NCBI GenBank assembly: GCA_005772765.1
Contig: SXIR01000170.1
Span: 1 to 58,975 of the forward strand
Length of the DNA stretch: 58,975 nt
Source of the DNA: Actinomycetota bacterium
Lineage (GTDB): Bacteria; Actinomycetota; Acidimicrobiia; IMCC26256; PALSA-610
Direction: 5' to 3'
Position numbers and translations under genes: made by a program. The stretch's first letter is position 1. Every line of letters begins with the position of its first letter. Below the pieces are notes generated by a model. The model was not told the origin of the DNA. It was given only the letters and a program-made list of their open reading frames with translations, and ran no database searches. Shown here one piece after another: positions 57,026 through 58,975 of this stretch.

Positions 57026-58291
57026 ATGAGTAACCCCGAGATGATGGAGGCCCTGCGCGCCCTCGCGGTCGAGCGCGGACTCTCCGAAGACGACCTGCTG
57101 CTGGCGCTCGCCAACGCGCTCGTCACCGCGTACAAGCGGTTGCCGAACGCCGCGGAAGAGGCCGAGGTCGAAATCGACCCCGACACCGGCGAGATCCGCG
57201 TGATCGCGCTCGAGATCGACGAGGACGGCGCGATCGTTCGCGAGTGGGACGACACCCCGAAGGACTTCGGGCGGATTGCTGCACAAACGGCCAAGCAAGT
57301 GATCACCCAGCGGATCCGCGAGGTCGAACGCGAACGGAAGTACGAGGAGTACGCCGGTCGCGAGGGCGACATCGTGACTGGCATCATCCAACAAACCGAC
57401 CAGCGTTACACGCTGCTCGATCTCGGCCGAGTGGAGGCCCTGCTGCCGCAGGCCGAGCAGGTCTCGAACGAGCGCTACGCGCACGGATCTCGGGTCAAGG
57501 CGTACATCGTCGAGGTCCGCAAGACCGCCAAGGGTCCCCAGATCGTCGTGTCCCGTACGCACCCTGGTTTGGTGAAGCGACTCTTCGAACTCGAAGTTCC
57601 CGAGCTCGTGGACTCGGTGATCGAGTTGCGCGCGGTGGCTCGCGAACCGGGTCATCGGACGAAGATCGCCGTGGCATCGAACGACCCGAACGTCGACCCG
57701 GTCGGCGCGTGCGTCGGCGCTCGCGGTATGCGAGTGCGTCAGGTCGTCAACGAACTGCACGGCGAAAAAGTCGACATCGTTCCCTACACCGACGATCAGG
57801 TCGAGTTCGTCGCGAAGGCGCTGGCTCCCGCGAAGGTGAAAGAGGTTCGCCTCGACGAGTCGCGCGCCGTTGCCGAAGTCATCGTGCCCGACTTCCAACT
57901 GTCGCTCGCGATTGGCAAGGAGGGGCAGAACGCTCGCCTTGCGTCGCGACTCACCGGATGGCACATCGAGATCAAGAGCGAGACCCAACTCGCGGAAGAA
58001 GAAGCGGGCTACGCGCCCGGCGAGTGGGTCGAAGGCACCGACGGCGAGATGGTGTGGGTTCCGGCCGAAGGCGGCGACAGCGTGTCGTTGGCCGAAGCCG
58101 GTTACGGCGCCGCAGGTGCCGCCGCGTCGTCCGAACCGCCGCAGCCCGAAGCCGCGACCGAAGCGGCTGATGAGCAAACAGCGCCCGACCCCGAACCTGC
58201 GCCAGCAACCGCTGCGCCAGCGTCGCAACCAGCAGCGTCGTCGGAGCCCGAAGCCGACGATTCGGACGAAGGAGCAAGCAGCGAAGCATGA
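57026..58291 (+). CDS. nusA: Transcription factor NusA
   Basis: '[13 protein letters not shown]', 'SRTHPGLV', 'AREPGHRTK', '[15 protein letters not shown]'. Confidence 0.98.
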   Translation: MSNPEMMEALRALAVERGLSEDDLLLALANALVTAYKRLPNAAEEAEVEIDPDTGEIRVIALEIDEDGAIVREWDDTPKDFGRIAAQTAKQVITQRIREVERERKYEEYAGREGDIVTGIIQQTDQRYTLLDLGRVEALLPQAEQVSNERYAHGSRVKAYIVEVRKTAKGPQIVVSRTHPGLVKRLFELEVPELVDSVIELRAVAREPGHRTKIAVASNDPNVDPVGACVGARGMRVRQVVNELHGEKVDIVPYTDDQVEFVAKALAPAKVKEVRLDESRAVAEVIVPDFQLSLAIGKEGQNARLASRLTGWHIEIKSETQLAEEEAGYAPGEWVEGTDGEMVWVPAEGGDSVSLAEAGYGAAGAAASSEPPQPEAATEAADEQTAPDPEPAPATAAPASQPAASSEPEADDSDEGASSEA

Positions 58292-58526
58292 ACCACAGCG
58301 CACCTGTATCGGGTGTCGTCGCCGCGACACGCCGAACGGGTGGGCACGGGTGAGCGCCACGGCGACGGCCTTCGGGTATGGCGCCAGCGCACCCGGGCGT
58401 GGCGCCTGGATTTGTTCGTCGGACTGCTTCGAACAGGCAGTCCGACGAGGAAATCTCGCTCGGGCGCTGCGACGGCCCGTGTCGAACGCCCAAGCGCTGA
58501 TGATTCGCGCGACACTGTTCGGCTGA
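58170..58526 (+). CDS. ylxR: YlxR/DUF448 RNA-binding protein (start uncertain)
   Basis: 'PQRTCIGCR', 'PGRGAWIC..DC', 'LARALR'; lies between nusA and infB. Confidence 0.8.
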   Translation: MSKQRPTPNLRQQPLRQRRNQQRRRSPKPTIRTKEQAAKHEPQRTCIGCRRRDTPNGWARVSATATAFGYGASAPGRGAWICSSDCFEQAVRRGNLARALRRPVSNAQALMIRATLFG

Positions 58527-58610
58527 GTTCTGCAAGCGGCGGCGACGCCGCCAGGCCGGCACCGCGCCGGCCCGCACCATCGCAGCACCACGAAACACAA
58601 AGGGAATCGC

Positions 58611-58975
58611 TTGGCAACGAAGAAGATCCGGGTCTACGAGCTGGCGCGAGAGCTCGGCGTCGAGAACGCCGTCGTCGTCGAACTCGCCACCGAGCTGAAG
58701 CTCGGTGTCAAGGGCCCGAGCTCGAGCATCGACGACCCGCTCGCCGACCGCGTGCGTCGCCTGGCGGATTCGCGCGGGCTTCGACGTGAACCCGAGCCTG
58801 AGGCGGCACCCGAGCCGGTGGCCGAACCGGTTCCCGCTGCGACTGCGCCGACCGAGCCCGCGCCACGTCCGCGCGACGCCGTCATCAAGGCCGAGCCGCC
58901 GGTCAGCGCGGGCGTTGACGCGCCGGCCCCGGACGCCGCGGCAGACGCGCCGATCGCGCCGACCCCGGCGGCACC
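58611..58975 (+). CDS. infB: Translation initiation factor IF-2 (5' part)
   Basis: TTG start; 'KKIRVYELARELGV...VKGPSSSI' IF2_N domain; synteny. Confidence 0.9.
   Translation, partial: MATKKIRVYELARELGVENAVVVELATELKLGVKGPSSSIDDPLADRVRRLADSRGLRREPEPEAAPEPVAEPVPAATAPTEPAPRPRDAVIKAEPPVSAGVDAPAPDAAADAPIAPTPAA

Overview
High-GC actinobacterial (Acidimicrobiia-like) chromosomal segment devoted almost entirely to cell-surface glycan and surface-protein biosynthesis, wrapped around the housekeeping proS ... rimP-nusA-ylxR-infB region. Left arm (1-22.4 kb): an acyltransferase-3/sulfatase-fold fusion (missing from the ORF track because it runs off the window), two paralogous GT-C glycosyltransferases flanking an AftD/DUF3367-like protein, a Wzc-type tyrosine kinase with a (Gly-Tyr)10 tail, a Wzy/GT-C-like protein and an AlgI-type MBOAT. 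The standout is the operon at 12.9-17.2 kb. It encodes a Tat-like, LPFTG-anchored surface protein whose signal peptide contains a lasso-leader-like motif (WxxPxFxxxGxxxxxT) followed by Thr-Gly repeats. Directly downstream are PqqD/RRE, a nucleotidyltransferase, an HprK-related kinase, a second PqqD/RRE and a membrane protein, with no lasso cyclase or leader peptidase. This suggests RiPP-type machinery repurposed to modify a cell-wall-anchored protein (inference). Right arm (25.4-56.2 kb): a Wzx/Wzy exopolysaccharide cluster with two sulfotransferases and an APH-fold kinase, four large modular secreted proteins, a GH26 and galE. No rRNA, tRNA, CRISPR or mobile element was recognised. All family assignments come from motif recognition by eye, not database searches.
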